Below, in pieces: positions 36,825 through 46,360 of a stretch of DNA of 64,000 bases (positions are counted from its first letter, which is position 1; each line of letters starts with the position of its first letter). The notes under the pieces were generated by a model that worked only from the letters and a program-made list of their open reading frames with translations, was not told where the DNA came from and did not search any database. This DNA comes from a virus. Its lineage: Duplodnaviria; Caudoviricetes. The stretch covers positions 256,001-320,000 of the IMG/VR virus record IMGVR_UViG_3300048854_000081; one strand, 5' to 3'. The position numbers and the translations under genes are program-made.

Positions 36825-37388
36825 ATGACACAGCAAACCATAATTCTGGATGCAGACGATACGCTCCTAGATTTGAAATACCCAATGTGCGAAAAGCTCA
36901 ATAAATACACAGGAAGATCAATTTCATGCGATCAATGGAATTCGTTTAATATCACTGATATTTACGGCGGACTCGACATTGAAGACTTCTATTCGCTTAT
37001 CATTAACGAAAAGCTCTTGGTCAATGCTGTCCCTTACGAGGGATCAAAGGCTACCTTGGAAACACTCAAGGAAAAGGGTTACAAAATCGTTATTATAAGC
37101 TCTAGAGCTTATCATCCAGAAGCTTACGAAGTTACGAAGCAATGGTTTGATGAACATGAACTTCCTTACGATAGAATTCATATTTCGGGTAATGGCATCA
37201 AGAAATCCATTTACTCAAATATCTATGACAACATCGTACTAACAGTGGATGATAACTTGGAAAATTGCGAAGACTTTAATAACAATTGTAAGGTAGAAAA
37301 CGTATTGTTAATGAATCAACCTTGGAACGCACAGAATCAGTCGTTCCAGAGGGTAAGCACTATTCAAGAGATTTTGAATTACCTCTAA
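36825..37388 (+). CDS. HAD 5'(3')-nucleotidase-like
   Basis: LDADDTL, ISSR, VDDN, QPWN. Confidence 0.75.
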   Translation: MTQQTIILDADDTLLDLKYPMCEKLNKYTGRSISCDQWNSFNITDIYGGLDIEDFYSLIINEKLLVNAVPYEGSKATLETLKEKGYKIVIISSRAYHPEAYEVTKQWFDEHELPYDRIHISGNGIKKSIYSNIYDNIVLTVDDNLENCEDFNNNCKVENVLLMNQPWNAQNQSFQRVSTIQEILNYL

Positions 37389-37431
37389 GGGAAAATCATA
37401 AGATTCCCTAGAGCTAACCTAGGAGAATCTT

Positions 37432-37725
37432 ATGAAATTTGCAAATAAAACAAAAGTAAAGACATTGATTGAAGATAAGGGTGGAGTTCTGATCGATTTG
37501 AGAACACCCGTCGATTACAGAAATGGCAGCATCGATGGTGCCAAGAATCTTCCTCTTACAAATTTCATTAACAGCTTCTTGAAGTTCGACAAGGCTAAGC
37601 CTATAGTATTGATCGTCAACTTTGTAGATGATGCCGACCTGAAGACCATCGACACGTACGCTATGCAGTTAGGTTATGAGAAGATTTGGGCTGCTGAATA
37701 TAACCAGTTACGTGACGCAACCTGA
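37432..37725 (+). CDS. rhodanese-like domain protein
   Basis: LIDLRTPVDYRNGSIDGAKNLPL; no catalytic Cys. Confidence 0.7.
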   Translation: MKFANKTKVKTLIEDKGGVLIDLRTPVDYRNGSIDGAKNLPLTNFINSFLKFDKAKPIVLIVNFVDDADLKTIDTYAMQLGYEKIWAAEYNQLRDAT

Positions 37726-37728
37726 TAC

Positions 37729-37757
37729 TTGACAATCAAATGCTTTACACCTAGAAT
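37729..37757 (+). promoter_or_regulatory. sigma70-type promoter
   Basis: TTGACA-N17-TAGAAT. Confidence 0.7.
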
Positions 37758-37786
37758 GGCTCCTATCACAAGTAGGGGCCATTTTT

Positions 37787-38923
37787 ATGCTCGGTATCTT
37801 TCTAGCCATCATCGTTCTTTCGATCATCGTCGCAGTAGCATTGCGTTTCATTTTTCCTCAAAGATTCACGAACACTGAAACCTTTCTCACGATGGGTGGC
37901 GCAATCCTTGCTGGTGGATTGATGCTGCTTATCGTCAGCTATGGTAACACTCATGACTTCGATGTCCTCAACGGTCAGGTGACCGGAAAGGAAATGGAGC
38001 GTGTCTCTTGCTCTCATAGCTATTCATGCCACTGCCATATGGTATCGAGTGGTTCCGGTAAGAATCGTACCAGTCATGAAGAGTGCGATACCTGCTACCG
38101 TCATTCGTTTGATCAGGATTGGGTCGTTCATAGTTCCGTTGGCGACTTTGATATCGAACGTATCGACGATCAGGGTCTTGGTCAACCAAAGCGTTGGACT
38201 GAAGTTCTCAAGGGCGATCCTACCTCACGTACCGAATGGGTAACGAATTACGTTCTAGCTTCACCTGACAGCCTGTTTAACACCAAGGAACAGACGGCGG
38301 ATGCTGCAACCTACGGAAAGTGGCTACCTAACTACAATAAAATTTACGATTACTATAAGTTTGACCATGTTATGAACATGGGTACGAAGGCGGACACGGA
38401 TGCATACAACAAGTCACTGGCTAGCATTCTCCGTATTCTAGGTCCGGCCAAGCAAGCTAACGTAATTGTAGTATTCGTTCCTACTGCTGACCGTGGCTAT
38501 AAGGATGCTCTTGAGCGTCATTGGCTGGGTGGTAAGAAGAATGACATCATTGTAACGATTGGTATCACCGACTATCCAAAAATTGCATGGGCAGATGCGT
38601 TCACCTTTGGCAAAACCTCAGGCAATGAATTGCTCGCAATCAAGATTCGTCAGGATATTGAAACCGTAGGTGATGTGAGCAAGGTTGGCGATGTAGTTGG
38701 AAGCATTAATCTCAATTCCGCCAAGTACTTCACTCGTGAACATATGAAGAAGTATGAATACCTTGAGAACGATTATGTTCCCAGTGGTTGGGCTCTACTT
38801 GCATGTTTCATCGTTTATGGTATCATTCTCATCGGTTTGGTGATCTTCTTCTGGATCAACGATGTCAGAACAGGTATCGATAGCTTCAACGGTTCACCCT
38901 CAGTTCGTCCATATCGTCGCTAA
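37787..38923 (+). CDS. inner-membrane protein with periplasmic Cys/His-rich domain
   Basis: Two N-terminal TMs, CSHSYSCHC...CDTC, one C-terminal TM. Confidence 0.75.
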   Translation: MLGIFLAIIVLSIIVAVALRFIFPQRFTNTETFLTMGGAILAGGLMLLIVSYGNTHDFDVLNGQVTGKEMERVSCSHSYSCHCHMVSSGSGKNRTSHEECDTCYRHSFDQDWVVHSSVGDFDIERIDDQGLGQPKRWTEVLKGDPTSRTEWVTNYVLASPDSLFNTKEQTADAATYGKWLPNYNKIYDYYKFDHVMNMGTKADTDAYNKSLASILRILGPAKQANVIVVFVPTADRGYKDALERHWLGGKKNDIIVTIGITDYPKIAWADAFTFGKTSGNELLAIKIRQDIETVGDVSKVGDVVGSINLNSAKYFTREHMKKYEYLENDYVPSGWALLACFIVYGIILIGLVIFFWINDVRTGIDSFNGSPSVRPYRR

Positions 38924-38942
38924 TCTTAATTAAGGAAAACAT

Positions 38943-39497
38943 ATGAAAGTTGCAGCAATTATTCTCGGTATTGTTCTTGGTTTCGCTCTACTGATCGGTG
39001 GCATCTGTTTCGCCTCCTACGTCAGTGCATCGAACTACGGTAATTCGTCCGAGCAGGCACTAAGTGCCCAGTATCAGGACAATCAGAACGTCCTCGCACA
39101 GTACACGACCAAGATTGCCGAAATCGCACAGGTTCCGAGCATGTACAAGAAGGACTTGCAGGATGTTATCGATTCGACCTTTAAGGGTCGTTATGGTAGC
39201 GATGGTTCGAAGGCTGTGGTTCAGTTCATCAAGGAACAGAATCTAAACCTTGATCCAAGCATGTATAAGGAAATTCAGACGCAGATGATCGCTGGTCGTA
39301 ACAAGTTCGAAAATTCGCAGACGCGTCTTATCGATCTACGTCGCAGTTATCAGACCGCACTAGGTTCTTTCTGGCAGGGTATGTGGTTGAAGTTTGCCGG
39401 GTATCCTAAGACTGATCTGTCGAAGTATGATCCGGTAATCAACGCTCATACTGAAGAAGCATTCAAGACAAAGCGTGACGAAGGCGTCAAGCTGTAA
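38943..39497 (+). CDS. LemA-like membrane-anchored protein
   Basis: N-terminal TM, helical bundle, GRNKFENSQ..LID...Y. Confidence 0.6.
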   Translation: MKVAAIILGIVLGFALLIGGICFASYVSASNYGNSSEQALSAQYQDNQNVLAQYTTKIAEIAQVPSMYKKDLQDVIDSTFKGRYGSDGSKAVVQFIKEQNLNLDPSMYKEIQTQMIAGRNKFENSQTRLIDLRRSYQTALGSFWQGMWLKFAGYPKTDLSKYDPVINAHTEEAFKTKRDEGVKL

Positions 39498-39503
39498 TAA
39501 TAG

Positions 39504-39530
39504 AAAGGCCGGGATTACCCGGCCTTTTTT
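39504..39530 (+). terminator. intrinsic terminator
   Basis: AAAGGCCGGG-ATTA-CCCGGCCTTTTTT. Confidence 0.8.
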
Positions 39531-39557
39531 ATTGTGAACAGTTTATAAATGTGATGC

Positions 39558-39586
39558 TTGACACACTTTCATTTAAACGTTAACCT
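39558..39586 (+). promoter_or_regulatory. sigma70-type promoter
   Basis: TTGACA-N17-TAACCT. Confidence 0.55.
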
Positions 39587-39668
39587 GCGTTCACAAATTT
39601 GGATTGGTAAACAGTGGGGCCATCCAAATTTTCTCCATCCCACATCATAAATCTTTCGGAGTTTCATC

Positions 39669-40160
39669 ATGAATAAGTTCAATAAGTCCATCCTTGCTAT
39701 CGCTCTTACCTTCGGCCTTGCCGGTGCTGCTGTCGCCCATGACGGTCAGTCTTCGTCACAGTCGGGTACTGTCGCTGGCGGTATCGGTGGTCAGGTTTCC
39801 GTTTACAACGGTGCCATCCTCGGTTCTTCGACCTCGGTTACCCATTCGGGTGCTCAGGCTACCACGAGCAATCAGGGTTCCGGTTCGACCGTTCAGGCTT
39901 CGCAGAACGTGACTGCTGGTGGCGCAACCGCTTCGGGTCAGGTTACTTCGGGCGGCGTGACCACGGGTACTTCGGGCTGGACCAGCACTACCGGTCAGTC
40001 GTCGGGTACGCAGTCTGGTAATGGCGTGGGTAACACCTCATCGGGTGCTGACACCAACAGCACTGCTCAGTCGGCTGGCGTTTTCCAGAGTGGCACCATC
40101 GGTGCGACGGCTGGTTTCGAAGCTTTCGAAGCTGTGACTGGTGCCAAGAGCGGTCGCTAA
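39669..40160 (+). CDS. secreted Gly/Ser/Thr/Gln-rich low-complexity protein
   Basis: Sec signal peptide ending AVA; mature part almost entirely G/S/T/A/Q/V. Confidence 0.75.
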   Translation: MNKFNKSILAIALTFGLAGAAVAHDGQSSSQSGTVAGGIGGQVSVYNGAILGSSTSVTHSGAQATTSNQGSGSTVQASQNVTAGGATASGQVTSGGVTTGTSGWTSTTGQSSGTQSGNGVGNTSSGADTNSTAQSAGVFQSGTIGATAGFEAFEAVTGAKSGR

Positions 40161-40239
40161 TCTTAGCGATTGACAATGATGGTGGGGTCACCTGACCCCA
40201 CCATGTTCTAAACTCACACCAAACCACAGGGGTTTCACA

Positions 40240-40848
40240 ATGAATCTTAAGAATTTTCTCATTAGCATGGTCCTCATGTTCCTAGTTAGCATGACTGCAC
40301 ACGCTGGTGATACAAACGTAAACAGTTCCGTTGACAGCAAGTCCTCGTCGCAGGTCGAAACCAACTCGCAGTCCGGTTCGTACAATGGTGGTAACAACAT
40401 CATCACCAACAATCCCGGCACTGTTGATTATAAGGGTGGCTTTACGCAGCGTAACGTTCCATCCATGTCGATGGGTTCGTTCGGTAATAGCTTCTCAAGC
40501 AACTACTGTAGCGGTACCGCACAGGCTACGGTTGGCGTTGCAGGCTTCGGTGGCGGCGTTGGTTATCAGAAGCTTGACGAAGGCTGTCAGCTACTACAGG
40601 CTTCCGATATGCTGATGCGTATGGCTTCCACCTACCGTGCACAGGCCAACTCCCAGTGGGAATTCGCTAAGCAGTTCAATGGTACGGATGCGGCCAAGAC
40701 GGTTGCTCAGGTTTCCCGCGATGCTTCATTCGCAAGTGCACTGAAGGCTGATCGCCTAGAGAGTGCCGCAGTCAACAACGTATGTTCGATCAGCGATAAG
40801 ATTCTGAAGAACATGGTTGCGGCTGGCCTTGATTGCCCCAAGCAATAA
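40240..40848 (+). CDS. secreted protein with Cys pairs
   Basis: Signal peptide ending AHA; N/S-rich N-terminus; 4 Cys. Confidence 0.75.
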   Translation: MNLKNFLISMVLMFLVSMTAHAGDTNVNSSVDSKSSSQVETNSQSGSYNGGNNIITNNPGTVDYKGGFTQRNVPSMSMGSFGNSFSSNYCSGTAQATVGVAGFGGGVGYQKLDEGCQLLQASDMLMRMASTYRAQANSQWEFAKQFNGTDAAKTVAQVSRDASFASALKADRLESAAVNNVCSISDKILKNMVAAGLDCPKQ

Positions 40849-40869
40849 AAACCAAGTTGTGATACACTA

Positions 40870-40895
40870 ATGCGGTCCTTCGGGGCCGCATTTTT
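40870..40895 (+). terminator. intrinsic terminator
   Basis: ATGCGGTCC-TTCG-GGGCCGCATTTTT. Confidence 0.75.
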
Positions 40896-40910
40896 ATTTG
40901 AGAGGATCAC

Positions 40911-41102
40911 ATGAACATTTGCACACTTAGCGGAAAGAATGCTTACGAAACTGAGGACGATGCCATCCGAGCTAGCCAATGGAGTAGAACGCTACAGGAA
41001 TCCGACATCTTTGATGTTAAACCACCACTCCGAGTTTATAACTGTAATTGGTGCTATAAATGGCATCTGACTTCCAAGGCCAAGCCAAAGGTCAAGGGAT
41101 GA
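40911..41102 (+). CDS. small zinc-finger-like protein
   Basis: C..SGK..Y...A...RVYNCNWCYKWHLTS. Confidence 0.65.
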   Translation: MNICTLSGKNAYETEDDAIRASQWSRTLQESDIFDVKPPLRVYNCNWCYKWHLTSKAKPKVKG

Positions 41103-41434
41103 CTAAAGTAGTTCACTGTAACAAAGAACGCTACGACGTAATGATTGATCGCACAACTAAGTGGGGCAATCCCTACCATGCTGAGTATCGATTGACTAAG
41201 GATGATGCAGAATATTTGGGTTCTGTTCAACGTGAAGGTGGTACACTCACGCGATCTGAAAGAATTGCATTATACGAGAACTATCTTCGTAACAATACTG
41301 AGTTGTTTAGTCAGATTGAAGAACTCCGTGGCAAGACACTTGGGTGTTGGTGTAAACCTGAAAAGAAATGTCATGGTGATATCATCGTCAAGCTTCTCAA
41401 GGAAAAAGAATTTAACGAATTGTTTGGAAACTAA
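41099..41434 (+). CDS. DUF4326-like protein
   Basis: VVHC...DVMIDRTTKWGNPY...LRGKTLGCWCKP..CHGD. Confidence 0.8.
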   Translation: MTKVVHCNKERYDVMIDRTTKWGNPYHAEYRLTKDDAEYLGSVQREGGTLTRSERIALYENYLRNNTELFSQIEELRGKTLGCWCKPEKKCHGDIIVKLLKEKEFNELFGN

Positions 41435-41449
41435 TATAAGGATAATGAC

Positions 41450-42484
41450 ATGTTTACTGACAAACTACTAACACGAGACGAATTCCGCGAAAAAGTTTTT
41501 GCGCGGGATGGTCATAAGTGTGTCTTTTGCGGTAAGCCTGCCGTAGATGCACACCACATTCTAGAACGTCGCCTGTGGGGAGAATCCCAAGGATATTACC
41601 TGTCCAATGGCGCTTCAGTCTGTGAAGAGCACCATATCATGTGCGAGACCACGGAACTATCTGTCGAAGATGTTCGTCAGGCTTGCAAGATCGAGAAGTT
41701 CGTTATCCCTGATCATCTGTACGATGGTCATATCTATGATAAGTGGGGTAACTTGATTCTAGACAATGGTCAACGAATGAAGGGTGAACTTTTTAATGAT
41801 GAAAGCGTACAGAAGATTCTCAAGAAAGGTGGCAAGCTTGGTCTGTTCACTGATTACGTAAAGTATCCTCGTTCGTATCACCTCCCATGGAGTGAAGGTA
41901 TGACCGATGATGATCGTATGCATAAGGATATGTCCTTCTTTGAAGGAAAGCGTGTCATCGTTACTAAAAAGATGGATGGTGAGAATACCTCAATGTATCG
42001 TGACTATTATCATGCACGTAGCATAGATGGTCGAACTCATCCAAGTCGTTCGTGGGCTAAGCAGTTCCACTCACAAATTTGTGGAGAAATCCCCGAAGGA
42101 TGGAGAGTGTGTGCAGAGAATCTTTACGCTAAACATTCGATTGCTTACACTGATCTGAAATCTTTCGTCTATGGCTTCTCGATTTGGGACAATACTAACT
42201 TTTGTCTAGATTGGGACACCACCATGGAATGGTTCGAACTCCTTGGCGTGGTTCCGGTTGAGGTTATTTACGATGGCATCTATGATGAAAAGCTTATCAA
42301 AGCCCTATGGGATAAGAGTAAGTATGATCATATGGAAGGCTACGTGATGCGTACAGCGGAAGGATTCTCTTACAAAGATTTTAAGAAGTGCTTAGGTAAG
42401 TTTGTACGTCCCAACCATGTCGCCACGGCAAAACATTGGATGTACGGTCAAGCAGTTGAACCAAACAAATTGGAAAGTAAATGA
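41450..42484 (+). CDS. HNH-like domain fused to ATP-dependent RNA ligase
   Basis: N-terminal RDGHKCVFC..DAHHI...VCEEHH; ligase motifs KYPRSYHLPWS, KMDGEN, EGYVMR, KFVR. Confidence 0.85.
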   Translation: MFTDKLLTRDEFREKVFARDGHKCVFCGKPAVDAHHILERRLWGESQGYYLSNGASVCEEHHIMCETTELSVEDVRQACKIEKFVIPDHLYDGHIYDKWGNLILDNGQRMKGELFNDESVQKILKKGGKLGLFTDYVKYPRSYHLPWSEGMTDDDRMHKDMSFFEGKRVIVTKKMDGENTSMYRDYYHARSIDGRTHPSRSWAKQFHSQICGEIPEGWRVCAENLYAKHSIAYTDLKSFVYGFSIWDNTNFCLDWDTTMEWFELLGVVPVEVIYDGIYDEKLIKALWDKSKYDHMEGYVMRTAEGFSYKDFKKCLGKFVRPNHVATAKHWMYGQAVEPNKLESK

Positions 42485-43095
42485 TTCATATAAGTAACGA
42501 TATCTATCTTGGTACGCTCTTGGAAGGGATTCCATACAAGTTGCGTTACCTTGTTAATCGACCAAAGAATTTCTATAGAGTAATGGAAGACTCTATAGTT
42601 CTTCATAATTATGAAGGTTGGCATGAGCTTAGCCCTAACCTGACCACATTTGCATTACAAAACCTTTTCCTACATGATATAAGTCATGCGGTTCTGTACC
42701 ATTTGCGTGATGAGAACAAGAAATTGTTCAAGAATGACTTTGGTTTGTCATGGAAACATGTTAAAAAGATTGAAGGCGATCACTCTCATTTCAAGCATGA
42801 ACAAGAACGATTGGATGAATATACCATCATCACGATTCATGATGTGTTGGCACGGTCGATCAAGAAGAAAGCGCCATTGACACGTGATCGAGCGCAGCGC
42901 AGTAACTATATCGTTTCTGGTTATGTTTGGCATACTGCGGATACTCATACTCAAAAGGGTGAGCATCGCAAGAATGTCTTAAAGCATAAGAAAAACGAAG
43001 TGTATTCAGCAGTTGATTTTGTTTATGATCATGGCCTAGACACTATTCGCGATACGGCTAGATCACTGGTTAAGTATCTGAAGGATAATATGTAA
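42481..43095 (+). CDS. hypothetical protein
   Basis: 204-aa ORF; HDISH motif. Confidence 0.6.
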   Translation: MIHISNDIYLGTLLEGIPYKLRYLVNRPKNFYRVMEDSIVLHNYEGWHELSPNLTTFALQNLFLHDISHAVLYHLRDENKKLFKNDFGLSWKHVKKIEGDHSHFKHEQERLDEYTIITIHDVLARSIKKKAPLTRDRAQRSNYIVSGYVWHTADTHTQKGEHRKNVLKHKKNEVYSAVDFVYDHGLDTIRDTARSLVKYLKDNM

Positions 43096-43433
43096 TGAAT
43101 TTCAGAGCAATTACGCCAGAGCTTATAGAACAGCTACAATCGATCAAGAAATGTGAAGACGATTGGGATGGTGATGGTGCAGTCAAACCCAAGCATGATC
43201 ATGTTGATAAGATTATCGAAGTAATCACTACGGTTCCTTTTGATGTGGATAAGTTTCACGTCATGCTTGCAAGAGACGGTGAGGTCGGTGTTTATCATTC
43301 AAGTAATGATAACTATTTAGAAATCGCTATTGATCACAATGATGATCGTGTCGTTGTCTATAGCCGAAACTTCAATAATGAACATGGTCAAATGTATCAT
43401 TTAATACCATATACAGATTTACCAACGGCTTGA
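43095..43433 (+). CDS. hypothetical protein
   Basis: 112 aa; DWDGDGA motif. Confidence 0.6.
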   Translation: MNFRAITPELIEQLQSIKKCEDDWDGDGAVKPKHDHVDKIIEVITTVPFDVDKFHVMLARDGEVGVYHSSNDNYLEIAIDHNDDRVVVYSRNFNNEHGQMYHLIPYTDLPTA

Positions 43434-43458
43434 CGTTGAAATCAATTTCAAGTATGAT
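43430..43458 (+). promoter_or_regulatory. sigma70-type promoter with palindromic spacer
   Basis: TTGACG-N17-TATGAT; spacer contains TTGAAAT-CA-ATTTCAA. Confidence 0.65.
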
Positions 43459-43485
43459 GTAATCCTACATCGGGGAGGGAACATC

Positions 43486-43722
43486 ATGGCGTACAGAGAA
43501 ATCACAGTTAACAACAAGACTTATCAGTACGTTGTCGGTCGTGATGTCACCAAGATCAAAGGATTTGGTATCTTCCGTAACTATGAATGGGCCTTCACCC
43601 GAAACAAAGATCGCAGTGACTACACAGTCACACCATGGCATGTTGAGGGAATGATCCTAGGAATTCAGCGTCAGGATCGATCCCCGAATCCATGCATAAC
43701 AGAATGTATCAATACTTGGTAA
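43486..43722 (+). CDS. hypothetical protein
   Basis: 78 aa, strong GGAGG RBS. Confidence 0.65.
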   Translation: MAYREITVNNKTYQYVVGRDVTKIKGFGIFRNYEWAFTRNKDRSDYTVTPWHVEGMILGIQRQDRSPNPCITECINTW

Positions 43723-43734
43723 TAAGGAGGGAGT

Positions 43735-44910
43735 ATGCAAATTTTTTCAGTAGGCGGCTCCGTCCGCGATGCGTTGATGGGTCTGGTTCCTCATGACCAT
43801 GACTACCTTGTAGTCGGTTCTACGCCAGCAGAAATGGAAGCACAAGGCTTCACACAGGTCGGTAAGGACTTCCCGGTCTACCTGCACCCTGTCACAGGCG
43901 AAGAGTACGCGTTGGCCCGTGTGGAGCGTAAGGCGGGTCTGAAGCACACTGATTTTGAGACTCTGTTCGACTCTTCGGTAACCATTGAGGAAGACTTGCG
44001 TCGTCGTGACTTGACGATCAACGCTATCGCCATCCCGCATAGCTTTGAAGGCGAGCCAGTAGACCCGTATGGTGGTCTGGACGACATCAAGAACAAGGTT
44101 CTGCGTCATGTATCGGAAGCGTTCTCGGAAGACCCGCTGCGCGTTCTGAGGCTGGCTCGATTCACCTGTAAGTTTCCTGATTTTACTGTGTCTCCGGAAA
44201 CGGCTGAACTGTGCCGGAAGATGGCTTACGCTGGTGAACTGGATCATCTGACACGTGAGCGTGTGTTCGAAGAAACGAAGAAGGCTTTCATTTCTAAGAA
44301 TTCGTCGCGTTACTTGTCGAGTCTGTTAGAATTCGGTGCCAGCATGGTTCTGTGGGAAGACATTTCGGTAAATGATTCGGAATACCTTGAGAGTTTTGAT
44401 TTAGTTGAAGAATTCGGCGATGATTTCACTGAGGAAGAATTGGTGATGATCAAGTTTGCTGTGATGTTCTTTCCATCCCATCAATCGAAGGTTGAATCTG
44501 AAGACGGTATGAAGAGGCTGAAGTTGCCTGTCGATTACGCACAGTTTGCATCGGATTGCATTATGTTTGCTGAGTTAGAGCAAGCCTTGTTCGATATGGA
44601 TGCCGAATGTGTTATGAAATTGATGAGCAAGTTCAACATCGATAGTCGTCTAATGAAGAATCCTAACTGGCTGAACCTGTTGTACTTCACGTACAATATC
44701 ATTACCCGTAAAGATAATGGTCTGCCAACTCATTTGATTCGCGAATTCATGGAACATTTCAGAACCTTTAACGATGATGTCAAGGCGATGGACAAAGAGA
44801 CAATGACCGGTAAGGAAATCGGTGAAAAGGTTAGCGAAATCAAACGTAAGAAGATCAATGAATTCTTGCACATAATCAAGACATTTTTTCATGGAAGTGA
44901 TTATGACTAA
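43735..44910 (+). CDS. cca: CCA-adding tRNA nucleotidyltransferase
   Basis: VGGSVRD, DHD, EYALAR, DLRRRDLTINAIA, FSEDPLRVLRLARF. Confidence 0.92.
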   Translation: MQIFSVGGSVRDALMGLVPHDHDYLVVGSTPAEMEAQGFTQVGKDFPVYLHPVTGEEYALARVERKAGLKHTDFETLFDSSVTIEEDLRRRDLTINAIAIPHSFEGEPVDPYGGLDDIKNKVLRHVSEAFSEDPLRVLRLARFTCKFPDFTVSPETAELCRKMAYAGELDHLTRERVFEETKKAFISKNSSRYLSSLLEFGASMVLWEDISVNDSEYLESFDLVEEFGDDFTEEELVMIKFAVMFFPSHQSKVESEDGMKRLKLPVDYAQFASDCIMFAELEQALFDMDAECVMKLMSKFNIDSRLMKNPNWLNLLYFTYNIITRKDNGLPTHLIREFMEHFRTFNDDVKAMDKETMTGKEIGEKVSEIKRKKINEFLHIIKTFFHGSDYD

Positions 44911-45487
44911 GGCTGTTGTTTTTGATGCTTACGGTACTATCGTTAAGATTGCTAAGAGAACTCATCCTTACAAGCAATTGAAGAGCTTGGCCGGAGTGAG
45001 TGGATTTGATATTAATCCACTGACTTCTTCCATTACCTTTGAAGAATGTGCTGAACTGTTGGGTGTCCATCTACTCTCTACCAAACTGCTTAAGGATTTG
45101 GAAAAGGAAATCAAGGCTGTCAAGGAATTCCCTGAAGTCATGGGTGTCCTTGATATCCTAAGATCACGTGGTAAGAAGCTAGTTGTATGTTCTAACCTTG
45201 CCCAGCCTTACGCTCAACCTATCATTGATATTTTTGGTGACAAGTTTGATCATTACGTTTGGAGTTTTGAGGTTGGGTACAGCAAACCGCAGAAGGAAAT
45301 CTACGAAGCAGTAGAAGCACGACTTGGTATGAGTGGCAAGGACATTCATATGGTTGGAGACACATACAAAGCCGATGTTGAAGGTCCACGAGAGTTAGGT
45401 TGGACCTCAACTTTGCTTGACAGAACAGGTAAAAGCCCGTACTATTCTATTTCAAGACTAAACTCTCTTTTTCTGGATATCAAATAA
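44903..45487 (+). CDS. HAD-superfamily hydrolase
   Basis: FDAYGT, CSN, SKP, MVGDT..ADVEG. Confidence 0.85.
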   Translation: MTKAVVFDAYGTIVKIAKRTHPYKQLKSLAGVSGFDINPLTSSITFEECAELLGVHLLSTKLLKDLEKEIKAVKEFPEVMGVLDILRSRGKKLVVCSNLAQPYAQPIIDIFGDKFDHYVWSFEVGYSKPQKEIYEAVEARLGMSGKDIHMVGDTYKADVEGPRELGWTSTLLDRTGKSPYYSISRLNSLFLDIK

Positions 45488-45488
45488 T

Positions 45489-45716
45489 ATGTCACTCACT
45501 ACATTTTTAGAACTGGTAATTGGACTTTATGTGGTGGGTATGTTAGGTATTCTCATTATTCTCTTTACTGCCGCCATTATCGGAAGAGCAGCGCGTAAAT
45601 GCTTTCCACTGTTTCATAAGTGGAAAAGTTATGCAACCCACGAAGAGGGTGATGAGTGTATGATTATGTACAAAGTATGTGAGAAGTGCAAAGCCACCAG
45701 ATCACACATGTGTTAA
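45489..45716 (+). CDS. small membrane protein
   Basis: N-terminal TM; C-terminal C..FHKW...CEKC. Confidence 0.6.
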   Translation: MSLTTFLELVIGLYVVGMLGILIILFTAAIIGRAARKCFPLFHKWKSYATHEEGDECMIMYKVCEKCKATRSHMC

Positions 45717-45725
45717 GGAATTAAT

Positions 45726-46145
45726 ATGTCAAAGACTATTTCAGCGGGAATCATTGTTAAAGTTGGAAACCGCTATGTGGTAGGTCATGCCACAGGACAG
45801 TCCCATTTTGATATTTTTAAGGGTCGTCAGGAAGTAGGTGAAACCTATATCGAGACTGCCCTACGTGAATGTTTCGAAGAATCGAATCTACAATTCAAGG
45901 CGGAAGACCTTACCTTTCTTGGTAAGCATATCTACACCAAGAAGAAAGATTTGGCATTGTTCATCATCGAAGTTAACGAGGTTGCCATGAGCGATCTACG
46001 TTGCTGGACGCATCTGGATAATGGTAGTTTTGAAATGGATTATTATGCAACCTTTGAATTTGATGAAATGATTCAGAAGGTTGGTTCTAGCATGGGTAAG
46101 CTACTTGCTAGCCTGAGGGCAGAAATCGAGGGGACAGTAGTATGA
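45726..46145 (+). CDS. Nudix hydrolase
   Basis: KGRQEVGETYIETALRECFEES. Confidence 0.85.
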   Translation: MSKTISAGIIVKVGNRYVVGHATGQSHFDIFKGRQEVGETYIETALRECFEESNLQFKAEDLTFLGKHIYTKKKDLALFIIEVNEVAMSDLRCWTHLDNGSFEMDYYATFEFDEMIQKVGSSMGKLLASLRAEIEGTVV

Positions 46146-46360
46146 TCTTCACAGTCAATGCTATTTTAGCTAGTATCGTAACACTGCTCAGCATTGTTGT
46201 TACATGTCTCAGTGCTGTGCGCTTTGTTCGCACTAGTTGGGCTAAAGATCGCTGGGGAGTTCCGCTCTCCCTTTGCCTGTTCATGGGATGCTTATTCGTA
46301 AGCATGTTCTTCGTGACGCTACTACCATACATGTATGAAATCGCCAGAACGCACGCATGA
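46142..46360 (+). CDS. small two-TM membrane protein
   Basis: Two hydrophobic segments. Confidence 0.6.
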   Translation: MIFTVNAILASIVTLLSIVVTCLSAVRFVRTSWAKDRWGVPLSLCLFMGCLFVSMFFVTLLPYMYEIARTHA

